From: Thermoplasmata archaeon | GTDB taxonomy: Archaea; Thermoplasmatota; Thermoplasmata; Lutacidiplasmatales; UBA184 | Reading direction: 5' to 3' | Assembly (NCBI GenBank): GCA_021796385.1 | Contig: JAJYXQ010000043.1 | Location: forward strand, 137,652-201,651 | Length of the DNA: 64,000 bases | In this document: in pieces, positions 7,920 through 17,326 of the stretch | Layout of the letters: each line of letters begins with the position of its first letter | Position numbering within the stretch: the first letter of the stretch is position 1 | Made by a program: the position numbers and the translations under genes | Notes under the pieces: model-generated | Told to the model about the DNA's origin: nothing | What the model saw: the letters and a program-made list of their open reading frames with translations, nothing else | Databases searched by the model: none

Positions 7920-10865
7920 ATGTCCCCTTCGCTGCGAGGTTCCTCACTACCCCTCCTCGGGCGGAAGGCAGAACTAGCCCGCCTCACCGAAGCCCTCCGA
8001 AAGACCGCGTCTGGAGAGGGCAACTTTTGGATCGTTTCAGGTCCAGTGGGGATTGGGAAGAGTCGCCTCCTAGAGGAGGTTTGCCGCGTCGCAGAAGAAC
8101 AGGGGTTCCAGGTCCTAAGTGGAACATGCTCCCGCATCCCTCGCTCCGCCTGTGAACCGCTCGAGGGAGCCTTGGAGGGACTTACCCCGAATGAAACCCC
8201 GGCCGGAACGAGGGTTCCAACTCGCGCTTCGCTCCTAATTGCGGAAGGCCCACCCAGTCCTCGTATTTGGGAGGTTTTCCGAGAATTGGCCCATTCCCGG
8301 AAATCCCTTGTGGTAAGTCGAGACTTTTCGCCGGTGCTGAAAGAGCAGCTGGGGAATCTGGCTAAGTCAGTGTCGGTCCTGCAATTGAGCCGGAAAGAGG
8401 CTAAGGACTCCGTTTCTCCGACTTCCCTCGATGCCCTGGGAGAGCGGATCGATGGGTTCTTGCGTCTCCACTCAGGATCCGTTGTCGCCATTCCCGACCT
8501 CGAATACCTCGTCGTACAGAACAGCTTCCTCGCTGTCCTCCGATTGCTCCAGTTCCTTCGAGAGGTGGCCGATGCGACCCAGGGTCACATCCTCCTTTCC
8601 TTCAACCCGAAGAGCTTGGATGCCCGGGAGGCTGCCCTTCTCGAAGGTGAGGGAGAACCGCTCGTCCGGAAGGATGGTGGCCGAGAACGCCTTAGCCCAG
8701 AAGCACCCACCCTTCTCTCCCCGCAGACCCGATTGCAGTCATATTTGGAGAAGATCGAGAAGGCGGCCCGGAGCGTCCCCTTGCTCTTGGTCTTGGAGGA
8801 CCTCGGTTGGTCGGACCCTGAAACCCCGTCGGCGCTTTCCTTCCTTGTTCGCAACACCCGTCATCTCCCGGTGATGGTCCTTGGGGCGATTCGCTCCTCG
8901 GATTGGGGAGGTGAAGTGACCGGCAATGTTCCCCTCAATGAAGAGATCGATGAACTGGCCCGCCAGGGCCTGCTGTCGCGCATGAACTTGCACGCACTTC
9001 CCACGGAGGATATTCAATCCCTCATCCAATCCCACCTCACCCTCCGCTCCGAGGGGGGAACCGCCTCGGAACCCCGCCTACTAGCTTTACCGCTCGATCA
9101 CGCCTCCGGCAACCCCCTGGTCGCCCTGGAGCTTGTTCGGGCGCTCGTGCGAAAAGACCTCCTTCAGTTACGGGAGAACCGGTGGGTGCTCGTCGAGCCC
9201 AAGGCATCGCGCTCCGCGAAAAGACCTCGGGAGCAAGTGTTGCTGCACCAAGGGTTGCGCCATCTCGTGCTTGGCATCCTCGAAGACCTGGAACCGTTAG
9301 AGAAGGACATGATCGAGACCGCGGCGGCCATCGGACCCATTTTTCCGAAGGACGCGCTCGCGGCCATCCTTGATGTCCCGGCGGAACAGGTGCGGGATCT
9401 CCTTAGAAAGATGGACCAGGTGCACCAGTTCTTTTCCCCCTCAACCACCGACCCTGAGACATGGAGGTTTTCCCACCCCTACTTCCACGAGGTGATCATC
9501 GACAATATGGTTCCCGACCGATTGGCCGCGCTCTCAGCAGACCTGGCGGAGTGGTTCCGCTGGAACCGCCCCCAGGACCTGAGCATGATCGGGCGACTCT
9601 TCGTCGAGAGCAAGGAAGGGGTGAAGGGGATCCCCTGGGTATTGAAGGCCGCCGAAAGTGCCCTGGCCCGAGGTGATGGATATACCGCTCAGATCATGGC
9701 GGAGGGAGCCTTGGCCCTCCTCGGCATCCGTCACCCCTCCCGGGAAAGGGTGCTTGAGACCTTGGTGAGTGTGGCGGAGACGTTGAGCTTGGTACGGGAG
9801 CATGCTCGGGCCGAAGTGCTCCTTACCCGTCTCCTCGAATCCCGTCCCCCGCCTGAGATCTCCTGGCGCACGCGCAGGTTGCTGGTCGACACCTTGCTAT
9901 CCCAACGGAAGCTGGGAGAAGCCAAGAGCGTGTTGACCCAGCTTTCTCATGAACTTGCGGATGAGAATTCTACCGAAGCTCGAAGGACGCTGCTCACCTG
10001 CGAAGTGCTGCGCGCCGAGTTCGAGATGCTCGCCGGAGACGCAGAGACCTCCAGCATGACCACCATGAACGTTCTCAAGAAGCTCGAAGAGGACTCCCGA
10101 TTGGAGGCGTGGGAATGCCGCGCCCTAGAGCATCAGGGTTGGTCCCTTCTTGGGAAAGACAACCTGGCAAAGGCCGCTCTCGCGTTTGCCCGGGGAAGGG
10201 AGATCGCCCGACGACTGGACCTCGTCCCTTACATCGCCTTTCACGCGAACGGCCTGGGACGGGTCGAGACCCTGAAAGGTAACGCGGCCGAGGCCCTCAG
10301 GTACTACTCTGAGGCCCAGGAAGCGGAGCGAAGGCTTGGCGATTTTCTCGCGGCGGCCGAATACCAACGGCTCGCCGCCGAAGTACTGTACCTCTCGGGT
10401 CGCCTTGGAGAAGCAGAGGAAGCGGCCATCCAGTCCCTGCAGACATGCGAGAAGTTCGATGCCTTGGCTACCGCGGGCCGGGCACTCTATCTCCTCGGCA
10501 AGGTGAACATTGAGCGACACCGGTGGGAAGATGCCAAGGTGAACCTTTCCCTGGCCATCAACCGGTTCACTCTGTCGGGAGAGACCGGGGTACTCGATGA
10601 GGCCAAGCTCTTTCTGGCCCTGGTCCAAGGAGAGACGGGGAACCCCCGGGGCGCCTTTGAAGAGGTCGGGCCCATACCCAGCGGGGGGGCCTTTCGTCAC
10701 CTCATCCTAGGTCGGCTGCGGGAGCTGTTAGGGGACGCGGAGGAGGCCCAGACCGAGATGCGCGCGGGGGAAGAGGAGGCCCGGACGCTGAGCCCGCTCG
10801 AGCAGCACAAGGTGCAGGACCTCCTCCGGGCGTTCGGTGAGCGGAGCTCCTCGCCAATCGTCTGA
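7920..10865 (+). CDS. STAND-like AAA ATPase with inserted DUF835-like domain and C-terminal TPR repeats
   Basis: LLGRKAEL, Walker A GPVGIGKS, Walker B LVLEDLGWSD, GNPL motif, WRFSHPY winged helix, helical repeats; insert with DLEYLVVQNSF..LRLLQFL typical of DUF835. Confidence 0.8.
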   Translation: MSPSLRGSSLPLLGRKAELARLTEALRKTASGEGNFWIVSGPVGIGKSRLLEEVCRVAEEQGFQVLSGTCSRIPRSACEPLEGALEGLTPNETPAGTRVPTRASLLIAEGPPSPRIWEVFRELAHSRKSLVVSRDFSPVLKEQLGNLAKSVSVLQLSRKEAKDSVSPTSLDALGERIDGFLRLHSGSVVAIPDLEYLVVQNSFLAVLRLLQFLREVADATQGHILLSFNPKSLDAREAALLEGEGEPLVRKDGGRERLSPEAPTLLSPQTRLQSYLEKIEKAARSVPLLLVLEDLGWSDPETPSALSFLVRNTRHLPVMVLGAIRSSDWGGEVTGNVPLNEEIDELARQGLLSRMNLHALPTEDIQSLIQSHLTLRSEGGTASEPRLLALPLDHASGNPLVALELVRALVRKDLLQLRENRWVLVEPKASRSAKRPREQVLLHQGLRHLVLGILEDLEPLEKDMIETAAAIGPIFPKDALAAILDVPAEQVRDLLRKMDQVHQFFSPSTTDPETWRFSHPYFHEVIIDNMVPDRLAALSADLAEWFRWNRPQDLSMIGRLFVESKEGVKGIPWVLKAAESALARGDGYTAQIMAEGALALLGIRHPSRERVLETLVSVAETLSLVREHARAEVLLTRLLESRPPPEISWRTRRLLVDTLLSQRKLGEAKSVLTQLSHELADENSTEARRTLLTCEVLRAEFEMLAGDAETSSMTTMNVLKKLEEDSRLEAWECRALEHQGWSLLGKDNLAKAALAFARGREIARRLDLVPYIAFHANGLGRVETLKGNAAEALRYYSEAQEAERRLGDFLAAAEYQRLAAEVLYLSGRLGEAEEAAIQSLQTCEKFDALATAGRALYLLGKVNIERHRWEDAKVNLSLAINRFTLSGETGVLDEAKLFLALVQGETGNPRGAFEEVGPIPSGGAFRHLILGRLRELLGDAEEAQTEMRAGEEEARTLSPLEQHKVQDLLRAFGERSSSPIV

Positions 10866-10957
10866 AGTTCTGGACGCTACACCCTGGGAGACCGGAAGGC
10901 AACGTGCCCCGGTCCGAAGAGTTTAAGGAGTGGAGTAACTTCCCTCCCTCGAAGCCC

Positions 10958-11683
10958 ATGAAGGGAAAGGATGCTCCAGGGGGTCCGCGGGTCAAGACAT
11001 ACGTGGAAGGCTTAGATGAGAAAATGGAGGGCGGAATCCCGGAAGGCAACCTGGTGCTGATGGCCGGAGAGGCCGGGACCATGAAGAGTTCCGTCACCTA
11101 CCACATGGCCTATCAGAATGCGCTCAAGGAAGGACGCCGCACCCTCTACATCACCATGGAGCAATCCCGGCAGAGCCTCATCCGAAACATGGAGGGGCTT
11201 GGCATGAAGGCCGACGCCGTGGGAGACAAAGTCTCGATCGTGGACATCGGTCTCCTTCGGAAGAACCTCGGCAAGGAGCTCCAGACCAACTCTTGGCTCG
11301 AGATCGTCAAGATGTATGCCCAGAACATGAAGGACTCGTCCGGGTATGAAGTGCTCATCCTCGATTCGTTGCCGGTCCTCGAGACCCTTTCGGATTTCAA
11401 GAACCCGAGGGTCGACCTGTTCCAGTTCTACGAATGGCTTCGAGAGCTTGGAGTGACCTCCCTCCTCGTGACCGAGGTCAAAGGGGATGCCGGCTTCGGG
11501 ACCCGGGGTGAGGACTACTTGGCCGACGGCATCATCCACCTCATGATGGCGAAGGTGAACGAGGAGACGGTACAGCGCCGGCTCCGTATCGTGAAGATGC
11601 GTTCGACGAACCATTCGACCAATCTCTTCTCCCTGATCGTCGACAAGGGGAACTTCCGGGTGGCCCGGGTCATCAGCACGTAG
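10958..11683 (+). CDS. KaiC/RAD55-family RecA-superfamily ATPase (single domain)
   Basis: KTYVEGLDEKMEGGIP, Walker A GEAGTMKS, LILDSL, ADGII, RRLRIVKMR. Confidence 0.9.
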   Translation: MKGKDAPGGPRVKTYVEGLDEKMEGGIPEGNLVLMAGEAGTMKSSVTYHMAYQNALKEGRRTLYITMEQSRQSLIRNMEGLGMKADAVGDKVSIVDIGLLRKNLGKELQTNSWLEIVKMYAQNMKDSSGYEVLILDSLPVLETLSDFKNPRVDLFQFYEWLRELGVTSLLVTEVKGDAGFGTRGEDYLADGIIHLMMAKVNEETVQRRLRIVKMRSTNHSTNLFSLIVDKGNFRVARVIST

Positions 11684-11790
11684 TTTGGCCGGAGCCAAAG
11701 GCCACCGCGTTCTGCGGCACGGCACTGGGACCACCTGTAGGCCAACCCAAGTACCGAGCGAGCAGATGCTCGCTTGGGGGGGTGCCCGGT

Positions 11791-12444
11791 TCAGAAGCCC
11801 AAAGCTTCTCGCACGAGAATGATGAGCGTCCGTCCGGGTACACCCTCTTTGCGGATGATCAAGATCTTGTTGAGGCTGCTCGGGAGACCATAGGCCTGGT
11901 GGGCCCGGACATCCTCCTTAGGGAGCGAATGTTCTTCCAGCCGTTGGAGACCCTCCGTGAGGTTCGAGACGATCTTCTGCCCTCCGACCACCCAGATCAT
12001 CCGGGTGGCGGAATAGGCATAGAGGCCGATCTGGCTCCCGCTCATCGATGCCACGAGAATTTGACCATCCTGAGTGACCGCGTGTACGGAGCCTACCACC
12101 ACTTCGGGAGCGGCGAACAGGCGCTTGATCTCCTTCGCATCCTTTGCGGGGTCCAACTTGAGGCGAGTCACCTGGTCCCGTAACAGTTCGTACCGGCCCG
12201 ACCCGGCGATGGCGGACAGGAAGCCGATCTCCCGGAGCGTCTCGGAGGTGGAGGTGAAGACCTCGCTCCCGGCAGGTATCCGGTCGAGAAGCACTTGGAG
12301 TGCCTCCGCTCGGGTGCCGACCACCACGACCTCATGCCCGCGCTCCCGGAGCGCCACAGCGGTCCTTTCGATCGCGGGTTCGGGGGCGACCTTCGCAAAA
12401 CGTTCGTTTGAGGCGGTCCCGGAGGGCTGGATACTGGCGGACAT
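11791..12444 (-). CDS. LUD-domain (LutC/YkgG-like) protein
   Basis: SETLREIG, VGSVHAVTQDGQI, VVGGQKIV, ILVREALGF. Confidence 0.75.
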   Translation of the reverse strand: MSASIQPSGTASNERFAKVAPEPAIERTAVALRERGHEVVVVGTRAEALQVLLDRIPAGSEVFTSTSETLREIGFLSAIAGSGRYELLRDQVTRLKLDPAKDAKEIKRLFAAPEVVVGSVHAVTQDGQILVASMSGSQIGLYAYSATRMIWVVGGQKIVSNLTEGLQRLEEHSLPKEDVRAHQAYGLPSSLNKILIIRKEGVPGRTLIILVREALGF

Positions 12445-12560
12445 ACCTATGCTATAGAACCAGTAGTTATAAAGTGTCCCACTCTATAGTGACTACGGAA
12501 ACAGTATCTTTGTGGAGTAGGCCCATCGCCAAACCCACGAAATTGGGGGTGAGCCAGGGG

Positions 12561-12989
12561 TCAGGCAACGCTCACGGACACGATGTCGCTGTGCCGGGAA
12601 AGGAGGGCCCGAGCGATCTTCAGATGTTTTCCTTCCTTTCCGATGGCGCGTGCCTTCCATCCTTCCGCCACTTGAACGGTCGCGTGCCGGCCGCCTCCCG
12701 GGTGTGGGGTCAGCGTGACTCCCACGGGCGAGAACGGGTAGAAGACGTTCAACACCAGTTTCTCGGCATCCGAGGAGTCCGCGACCACTTGGATCTCGCG
12801 GTGCATCCTCTCCTTGAGCATCACCGCCTTCTCTCCATGCGGTCCCAACGCCAGACGGACGTACTTTGCGTCGATGAGGATCACAATCTTTCCTTCGGCC
12901 ACGATACAGTCCACGGGACGTACACCGGTCGCGTCCTCGAAGACGCGCATGTACCCCAGGGTCTCGGTATCGAAGGTGAGCGTCGTCAC
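12561..12989 (-). CDS. nusA: Archaeal NusA (KH domains)
   Basis: DCI, ALGPHGE, KARAIGKEG; position after L30e in rpo operon. Confidence 0.92.
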   Translation of the reverse strand: MTTLTFDTETLGYMRVFEDATGVRPVDCIVAEGKIVILIDAKYVRLALGPHGEKAVMLKERMHREIQVVADSSDAEKLVLNVFYPFSPVGVTLTPHPGGGRHATVQVAEGWKARAIGKEGKHLKIARALLSRHSDIVSVSVA

Positions 12990-12992
12990 GCG

Positions 12993-13283
12993 TTAAGGGT
13001 TCTCGACGGAGAGGATCGCCGACGAGCCGGGGTCGATGATCGCCAGGGTCGATATCGGAAAGGGTTTCCCACAGGCCGATCCAAGTTCGGAGGCGGACCC
13101 CTCGTAGTGGTACACCGGGGTCTTTCCCCACTTCGCTTCCTTCCGGAGCTTCTCTTCTGGACAAGTGGACGATACGACAAGGAGCTTCGCCTCCCCCGTT
13201 CCGGCACTTGCCAGGGATTCCGTCAAACCGATCTTCACGCGTCCGGTCGAAAGCGCCAGTTTGAGTGCGTGTGCTACGTCCAT
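12993..13283 (-). CDS. rpl30e: Ribosomal protein L30e
   Basis: TGRVKIG, ELGSACGKPF, IIDPGSS. Confidence 0.95.
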   Translation of the reverse strand: MDVAHALKLALSTGRVKIGLTESLASAGTGEAKLLVVSSTCPEEKLRKEAKWGKTPVYHYEGSASELGSACGKPFPISTLAIIDPGSSAILSVENP

Positions 13284-13288
13284 GGTTC

Positions 13289-14521
13289 TCAGTCTTCCTT
13301 CTTATGGGACTGGGGCTGATAGATCGTCTTCACGGCCCCGGTACCGATGGTGATGGGTTGACCCACGATAATGTTTTCGGCCACCCCTTTGAGCTCATCC
13401 ACCTCGCCCGTGATTGCGGCCCGGAGCAGGTGAGCAGCGGTGATCTCGAATGCGGCCCGGGCGAGCACGCTCGATTTCCGCCCCGATATCCCGTGACGTC
13501 CGATCGCTTGGATCGTCCCCTCGTTCGTCATGACGTCCGCGACGAGCATGATGTGCCGGATGTCCACGTTCAACCCCTGTTCGGAAAGGGTCCGGTTCGC
13601 CTCATCGATGATCGCCCCACGTGCCGCCTCGATGCCGAGCACGCTGTAGATCTCGAAGATCGAGTTCGTGGTGGTCCGTTGGCGGTCCACCCCCGGGACC
13701 TTCAACACTTCGGCGAGGTTCGACCCTTCGGTGTAGATGACATATTCTCCGGAGTCCTCCTTCCGGATGAGAGCGCGGGTGATCCCGGTGAGTCCGCTGA
13801 TCTTCACGCCCCGGAGCTCGTCCGCGGCCTCCATCAGCCGGCGGTACGGGGTCTCCTCGTTGGCATCCTCCTTGAGGGAGACCTCGATGACGCGTTCCTC
13901 GCCGCTTCCGGAACCGTTCGTGACCGAGAACCCCTTCTTCCCTCCGAGATGCTCAGTGATCGCCTCGTACAGGACGTCCCGGGTGACCCCTCGGGTCTCC
14001 ATGAGACCCGAGTCGGGATGTACGATGACCTTCATACGTTCGACCACGCTCCCGATCGATGCAACGTTGGGGAGGGTCGTTAGCTCGATCTTGAGGGCGA
14101 TGTCCTGCACCTTGCGCCGGTCCTCTCGGATCCCCTTGTCCACGTATACGGTCATCGTCGGGGTGGAGGGCGATCTCCGGGCATCCACGATCTCGATGAG
14201 CCGAGGCAATCCGAGCGTCACGTTCATCTCGGCGACACCGGCGTAGTGGAACGTTCGCAGGGTCATCTGTGTCCCGGGCTCGCCAATGCTCTGGGCTGCG
14301 ATGATGCCGACGGACTCGTGCGGGTCCACCGTGACCTTCTGGAACCGGGTGGTAACCTCGTTGACGATCCCGCGGATGTCCTCGTCCGAGAGGCGCATCG
14401 TGCGGGTCAGGTCGACGATCTTCCTTGTCACGGACTCGGGTAGTACGATCCCGGCCTCCTTCGCATGCTTTTGCAGCCGGGCCGTGAGAGGGCTCAGCGG
14501 TTTGGATGATGTCTCGCTCAT
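13289..14521 (-). CDS. rpoA2: RNA polymerase subunit A'' (Rpo1C)
   Basis: [38 protein letters not shown]. Confidence 0.98.
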   Translation of the reverse strand: MSETSSKPLSPLTARLQKHAKEAGIVLPESVTRKIVDLTRTMRLSDEDIRGIVNEVTTRFQKVTVDPHESVGIIAAQSIGEPGTQMTLRTFHYAGVAEMNVTLGLPRLIEIVDARRSPSTPTMTVYVDKGIREDRRKVQDIALKIELTTLPNVASIGSVVERMKVIVHPDSGLMETRGVTRDVLYEAITEHLGGKKGFSVTNGSGSGEERVIEVSLKEDANEETPYRRLMEAADELRGVKISGLTGITRALIRKEDSGEYVIYTEGSNLAEVLKVPGVDRQRTTTNSIFEIYSVLGIEAARGAIIDEANRTLSEQGLNVDIRHIMLVADVMTNEGTIQAIGRHGISGRKSSVLARAAFEITAAHLLRAAITGEVDELKGVAENIIVGQPITIGTGAVKTIYQPQSHKKED

Positions 14522-14532
14522 GGACGTGATGC

Positions 14533-17319
14533 CTATTCCTCCAGGTCGGGAGACTCCTCCGTCTCCGACCCTTCGTCTTCCTGAAGCTCCTCATCGAGCT
14601 CGTCTTCGACCTGGGCCTCGGCCAGCAGGTCCATCTCTCCCTCGTCGAGCACTCCCGTGCCTGGCTGGGCTCCTGTGCCTACCGCCTCCCGAACCATGCG
14701 GTAACGCTTGCCCAGCACGTGTTCCAGGACATCGTCCACATCGAGGGGCTGACCCTGGATGGAACGCGCGGGGTCTACCCCATCATCACCGTAGCGGAAC
14801 TGGAGGATGGACCCGGCGGTGTTCCGCACCGTGCCATCGTCATCGACATGGACATCCTCCATCGCATTGATCAGCCGCCGCTGCATGTACCCGGATCGGC
14901 TCGTACGGACCGCGGTATCCACCAGGGCCTCCCGACCTCCCATGCTGTGGAAGAAGTACTCGGTGGGGGATAGCCCGGCCTTGTAGCTCGAACTCACGAA
15001 ACCGCGGGCACCGGCCCCGAGCTCCCCGCGGCGGAAGTGGGGCAGGGTCCGGTCGTAGTACCCCCGGAGGAGCCGCTCGCCACGCACGGATTGCTGCCCG
15101 ACGGCACCGGCCATCTGGGTCAGGTTGAGCATTGAACCCCGGGCACCGGACTTCGCCAAGATCACGGCCGGATTGTCGAGACCCAACTGCTTGCCTGCGA
15201 TGTCTCCGGCCTCGTCTCGGCCCTGGCCCAATACCTTCCGGACCATGACCTCAAGCGTCTCCTCGAGGCTCCGTCCGGGCATCTGCTCGAGCTCGTGCTT
15301 TTGGTACTTCTCGACCAGCGCATCCACCTCCACCCGGGACTTCTCAAGGACCCGGGAAATGTCCCGCTTGGCGACCTCGGAGATATCCTCGTCGTCGATC
15401 CCCGTCGAAAGGCCGAAGAGGGCCATGGTGGTGATCGAAATGCGGCTCATCGTATCGAGGAAGGTGCGCGCAATCGCTGGCCCGTAGTCCCGGGTGATGA
15501 GGTCGAGCACCATCCCCTTTCCCTGGCCGATAGCCCGGGCATCGATGGTCCCCCGCAGCAACACCCCGTTCTCGATCTGGACGTAGCAGTCGTCCTCCTC
15601 ATGCACCTTCGGGTCCCGGCTCTTGTGGGAGCAGATGTTGCTCCGGAGCTCGATGTTCAGGTCCTTGGGGAGGAGGAGACTGAAGAGCTGTTTTCCCGTC
15701 CAGAACGGCTCCTTGTCGCGACCGATACCAGCGGGCTCGGGCAGTTCGAGATGGGTCTTCGACAGGAGGAACGTGGCCTCCCTCAGATTGAACTTCGGGT
15801 TCTTGTACGTCAGCAGGAAAGAGGCAGTGATATGGTCGTGGATCATGCCGATGATCGGACCGCCATATCGGGGGGAGAGGATGTGCTGCTCGACCCGCAT
15901 GAGGACCTTGGCCTCCGCACGGGCTTCCTGGCTCTGCACTACGTGGAGGTTCATCTCGTCGCCGTCAAAGTCAGCGTTATAGGGAGTGCAGTCGCACAGG
16001 TTGAACCGGAAGGTCTTGTACGGGAGCACGCGCACGAAATGCGCCATCATGCTCATCCGGTGCAGGGAGGGCTGCCGGTTGAACAGGACGATGTCCCCGT
16101 TCATGAGCTGGCGCTCGACGGTGCACCCGGGCACGACCATCTCGGCCAAGGACTCGGCGTTCTTTTCCATCACCTTGATCCGGAGCCCGTCCTCCCGGAT
16201 CACGTAGTTGACCCCCGGGAGGTACGACCCATCCGGTGCCACGGGGTTCTTCCCCCGCTTCACGAACTCCTTGGCGATCTCGACGTTATAGGGGGTGGCC
16301 GTGAGGGGAACGGTGAGGGCCCGGGCCACTTCCCAAGGGATCCCGACCTCGTTGATCGAAAGGTTCGGGTCGGGGGAAATGACGGTACGGGCCGAGAAGT
16401 TCACTCGCTTTCCGGAGAGGTTCGAACGGAACCGTCCGTCCTTGCCTTTAAGCCGCTGCACCAACGTCTTCAGGGGGCGGCCCGAACGGTGACGGGCCGG
16501 CGGGATGCCTGAGGTCTGGTTGTCGAGGTAGGTCGTGACGTGGTACTGCAAAAGCTCCCAGAGGTCCTCCACGACGAGCTGAGGGGCCCCGAGATCCCGG
16601 TTCTCCCGGAGGCGCTGGTTGATCCGAAGGACGTCGACCAGCTTGTGGGTCAGGTCGTCCTCGCTCCGTTCCCCGCTATCGAGCGTGATCGACGGGCGGA
16701 CAGAGATCGGGGGGACAGGGAGGACGGTGAGCACCATCCATTCGGGGCGGCCGGACACCGGGTCCAAGCCCAGCATCGGAAGGTCACTGTCCGGGATCCG
16801 CTCCAAGCGGCCGCGGACCTCCTTCGGGGTGATCTTGTGACCACCCTCCCGGAACGTCGTCGGCTTGTCCAGGGTGATGCGCTGCTGGACCTCGTTGCAA
16901 TGCGGGCAGTGCTTCTCCTCGGCGGATTTGGAAAAGGAGGTCGGGGTACCGAACCCGTCCACCATGGCGGGAGCGGTCGCTTGGCCCGAGGTGTCGAGGA
17001 TCCGGCCACAAGCCCGGCAGGTGGAATGCAAGAGGCGGCGGATCTCCTTGGCGTATCCGACGTGAATGACGGGCATCGCGAGCTCGATCACACCGAAGTG
17101 CCCGGGACAGTCGTTGACCCGGCCCCCACAGGTCTTGCACCGTAGGTTCGGCTCGATGACCCCGAGGTGCATGTCCATGAGTCCCATCTCGATGGGATAC
17201 CCATCGTCATCGTAGGTGTCGGCGGTGATCACCTTCACGGCCGACATGCGGCGGATCTCTTCCGGGGAGAGCAGGGCGAATTGGAGGAGCTTAATCCTCT
17301 TCGAGAGTTCGAGCGCCAT
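14533..17319 (-). CDS. rpoA1: RNA polymerase subunit A' (Rpo1N)
   Basis: [25 protein letters not shown], catalytic [11 protein letters not shown], bridge helix [10 protein letters not shown]; acidic tail. Confidence 0.99.
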   Translation of the reverse strand: MALELSKRIKLLQFALLSPEEIRRMSAVKVITADTYDDDGYPIEMGLMDMHLGVIEPNLRCKTCGGRVNDCPGHFGVIELAMPVIHVGYAKEIRRLLHSTCRACGRILDTSGQATAPAMVDGFGTPTSFSKSAEEKHCPHCNEVQQRITLDKPTTFREGGHKITPKEVRGRLERIPDSDLPMLGLDPVSGRPEWMVLTVLPVPPISVRPSITLDSGERSEDDLTHKLVDVLRINQRLRENRDLGAPQLVVEDLWELLQYHVTTYLDNQTSGIPPARHRSGRPLKTLVQRLKGKDGRFRSNLSGKRVNFSARTVISPDPNLSINEVGIPWEVARALTVPLTATPYNVEIAKEFVKRGKNPVAPDGSYLPGVNYVIREDGLRIKVMEKNAESLAEMVVPGCTVERQLMNGDIVLFNRQPSLHRMSMMAHFVRVLPYKTFRFNLCDCTPYNADFDGDEMNLHVVQSQEARAEAKVLMRVEQHILSPRYGGPIIGMIHDHITASFLLTYKNPKFNLREATFLLSKTHLELPEPAGIGRDKEPFWTGKQLFSLLLPKDLNIELRSNICSHKSRDPKVHEEDDCYVQIENGVLLRGTIDARAIGQGKGMVLDLITRDYGPAIARTFLDTMSRISITTMALFGLSTGIDDEDISEVAKRDISRVLEKSRVEVDALVEKYQKHELEQMPGRSLEETLEVMVRKVLGQGRDEAGDIAGKQLGLDNPAVILAKSGARGSMLNLTQMAGAVGQQSVRGERLLRGYYDRTLPHFRRGELGAGARGFVSSSYKAGLSPTEYFFHSMGGREALVDTAVRTSRSGYMQRRLINAMEDVHVDDDGTVRNTAGSILQFRYGDDGVDPARSIQGQPLDVDDVLEHVLGKRYRMVREAVGTGAQPGTGVLDEGEMDLLAEAQVEDELDEELQEDEGSETEESPDLEE

Positions 17320-17326
17320 GGTTACC

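Noticed and set aside
12445-12560. Absence of rps12/rps7 after nusA, and of L18e after rpoD, as novel rearrangements
   Set aside because: As I recall, these breaks also occur in other Thermoplasmata, so they were not treated as novel
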